Assembly: GCA_001792535.1 (NCBI GenBank)
Contig: MGGS01000001.1
Coordinates: forward strand, 1 to 47,694
From: Candidatus Woesebacteria bacterium RIFCSPHIGHO2_02_FULL_42_20
GTDB lineage: Bacteria > Patescibacteriota > Microgenomatia > UBA8517
Length of the DNA stretch: 47,694 bases
Direction of reading: 5' to 3'
The position numbers were made by a program, and so were the translations under genes. The notes below the pieces were generated by a model, which worked only from the letters and a program-made list of their open reading frames with translations, was not told where the DNA came from and ran no database searches. Within the stretch, counting starts at the first letter, position 1, and the number at the start of each line of letters is the position of its first letter. Shown here piece by piece: positions 46,762-47,694 of the stretch.

Positions 46762-47694
46762 TTGAGAAAAAGATTAAAAATAGAAAAGAGACCTGTAGAC
46801 AGGAAGCTGTTATTTTTGACAGTCGGCCTGTCTTTGTTTGGTGTTCTAGCAATAACGGATGCGTCCACACCCCAAGCTTTGAGGTATTTTTCGGATAGCT
46901 TTTATTTCGTAAAGAGCCAGATAGTTTCTCTTGTGATCGGTTTGATCAGCCTGATTATTTTTAGTAAGATTGACTTTCGGATTTGGAAAAAATTTTCTGT
47001 AGTTTTTTTGGTTGTGATTCTGGTCATGCTTATTGTGGTTCTGATACCGGGTTTTGGCATAAAAAGTCTTGGGGCTAGAAGGTGGATAAACTTAGGACTT
47101 GTAAGTTTCCAGCCGTCAGAGTTCGTGAAACTTTTTTTTGCTGTCTATGTGTCCAGCCTTGTCGGTGCTAAAAAGAGCTTGCTGTCTTTTTTAATTCCGA
47201 CCGTGATAGTGGCATTTCTTGTCGTACTTCAACCGGACATGGGTACGGCGCTTGTGATACTTGGAATTGCCTCCTCTGCGATTTTTATCGAGGGTATTAA
47301 TTTATTCAAGTTAATCTCGTTATCGTTAGTCGCGTCTGTTGTGGGTCTGGCGACTGTTTTGATTTCCGACTATCGGAGAGAAAGATTAATGTCATTTTTA
47401 AATTCCTCAAACGACCCGCTCACCGGCTCGTATCATGTAAAACAGATATTGCTTGGGCTTGGCTTAGGTGGATTTTTTGGGACAGGTCTCGGCCAGTCAA
47501 GGCAAAAGTTCTTGTTTTTGCCGGAATCGGCAACCGATTCTGTTTTTGTGGTCATTGCAGAAGAGTTGGGATTCCTTGGTGCCGTTACGGTCATTTTACT
47601 TCTCGGTTTGCTGGTTTACAGGATTTTTAAGATTGCACTTGGCTCTCCCGACCGCTTTGCTGCGAGTTTTACTACCTGCGTTGGTATTTGGATT
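46762..47694 (+). CDS. ftsW: SEDS family protein FtsW (3' truncated by window; absent from the ORF track)
   Basis: Manual translation from TTG 46762 gives GARRWINLG..SFQPSEFVKL, LQPDMGT, GTGLGQSRQK..FLPESATDSVF.VIAEELG. Confidence 0.95.
   Translation, partial: MRKRLKIEKRPVDRKLLFLTVGLSLFGVLAITDASTPQALRYFSDSFYFVKSQIVSLVIGLISLIIFSKIDFRIWKKFSVVFLVVILVMLIVVLIPGFGIKSLGARRWINLGLVSFQPSEFVKLFFAVYVSSLVGAKKSLLSFLIPTVIVAFLVVLQPDMGTALVILGIASSAIFIEGINLFKLISLSLVASVVGLATVLISDYRRERLMSFLNSSNDPLTGSYHVKQILLGLGLGGFFGTGLGQSRQKFLFLPESATDSVFVVIAEELGFLGAVTVILLLGLLVYRIFKIALGSPDRFAASFTTCVGIWI

Noticed and set aside
244-46898. Numerous 60-150 aa antisense or alternate-frame ORFs in the track
   Set aside because: They lie within well-supported genes and show no motifs; treated as shadow ORFs
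1-47694. Alternative genetic code 25 (TGA=Gly) as in Gracilibacteria/Absconditabacteria
   Set aside because: Conserved genes are full length under code 11 and many end in TGA with ATGA overlaps

Overview
Gene-dense, low-GC bacterial chromosome segment, almost all on the + strand and read with the standard code 11. It most resembles Patescibacteria/CPR, probably Microgenomates (inferred from the short RecO, alpha2-type GlyRS, DUF4012 and tight gene overlaps). It has three blocks. (1) 1-19.6 kb: a surface-glycosylation cluster with GT2 and GT4 glycosyltransferases, three GT-C-like membrane proteins, an O-antigen-ligase-like protein, an acetyltransferase, a divergent ManC-like protein, an initiating phosphoglycosyl transferase and a DUF4012 protein. 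(2) 19.6-23.5 kb: recO, a PIG-L deacetylase, an orphan gene, glyQS and a membrane-anchored hypothetical. (3) 23.5-47.7 kb: a rearranged dcw cluster (mraZ-rsmH-ftsL-ftsI-murA-murE ... murB, murF, femAB, mraY, ftsW). The best candidate for an undescribed system lies inside the dcw cluster. It comprises an ATE1/Bpt-like aminoacyl-tRNA transferase, an Mpl-like ligase, a cytoplasmic NlpC/P60 protein, a 50-aa LysW-like zinc-ribbon protein ending EEEK (missed by the ORF track) head-to-head with a threonine-synthase-like PLP enzyme, and a non-Ddl ATP-grasp ligase plus a DegT aminotransferase around murF. Together these suggest non-canonical stem-peptide synthesis or salvage, which is inference. Also noted: heptamer tandem repeats inside three genes, a frameshifted hydrolase, probable leaderless and bidirectional promoters, MraZ boxes and an NrdR-like box. 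No rRNA, tRNA, CRISPR array or transposase was recognised. All family calls come from reading motifs by eye; no database search was run.
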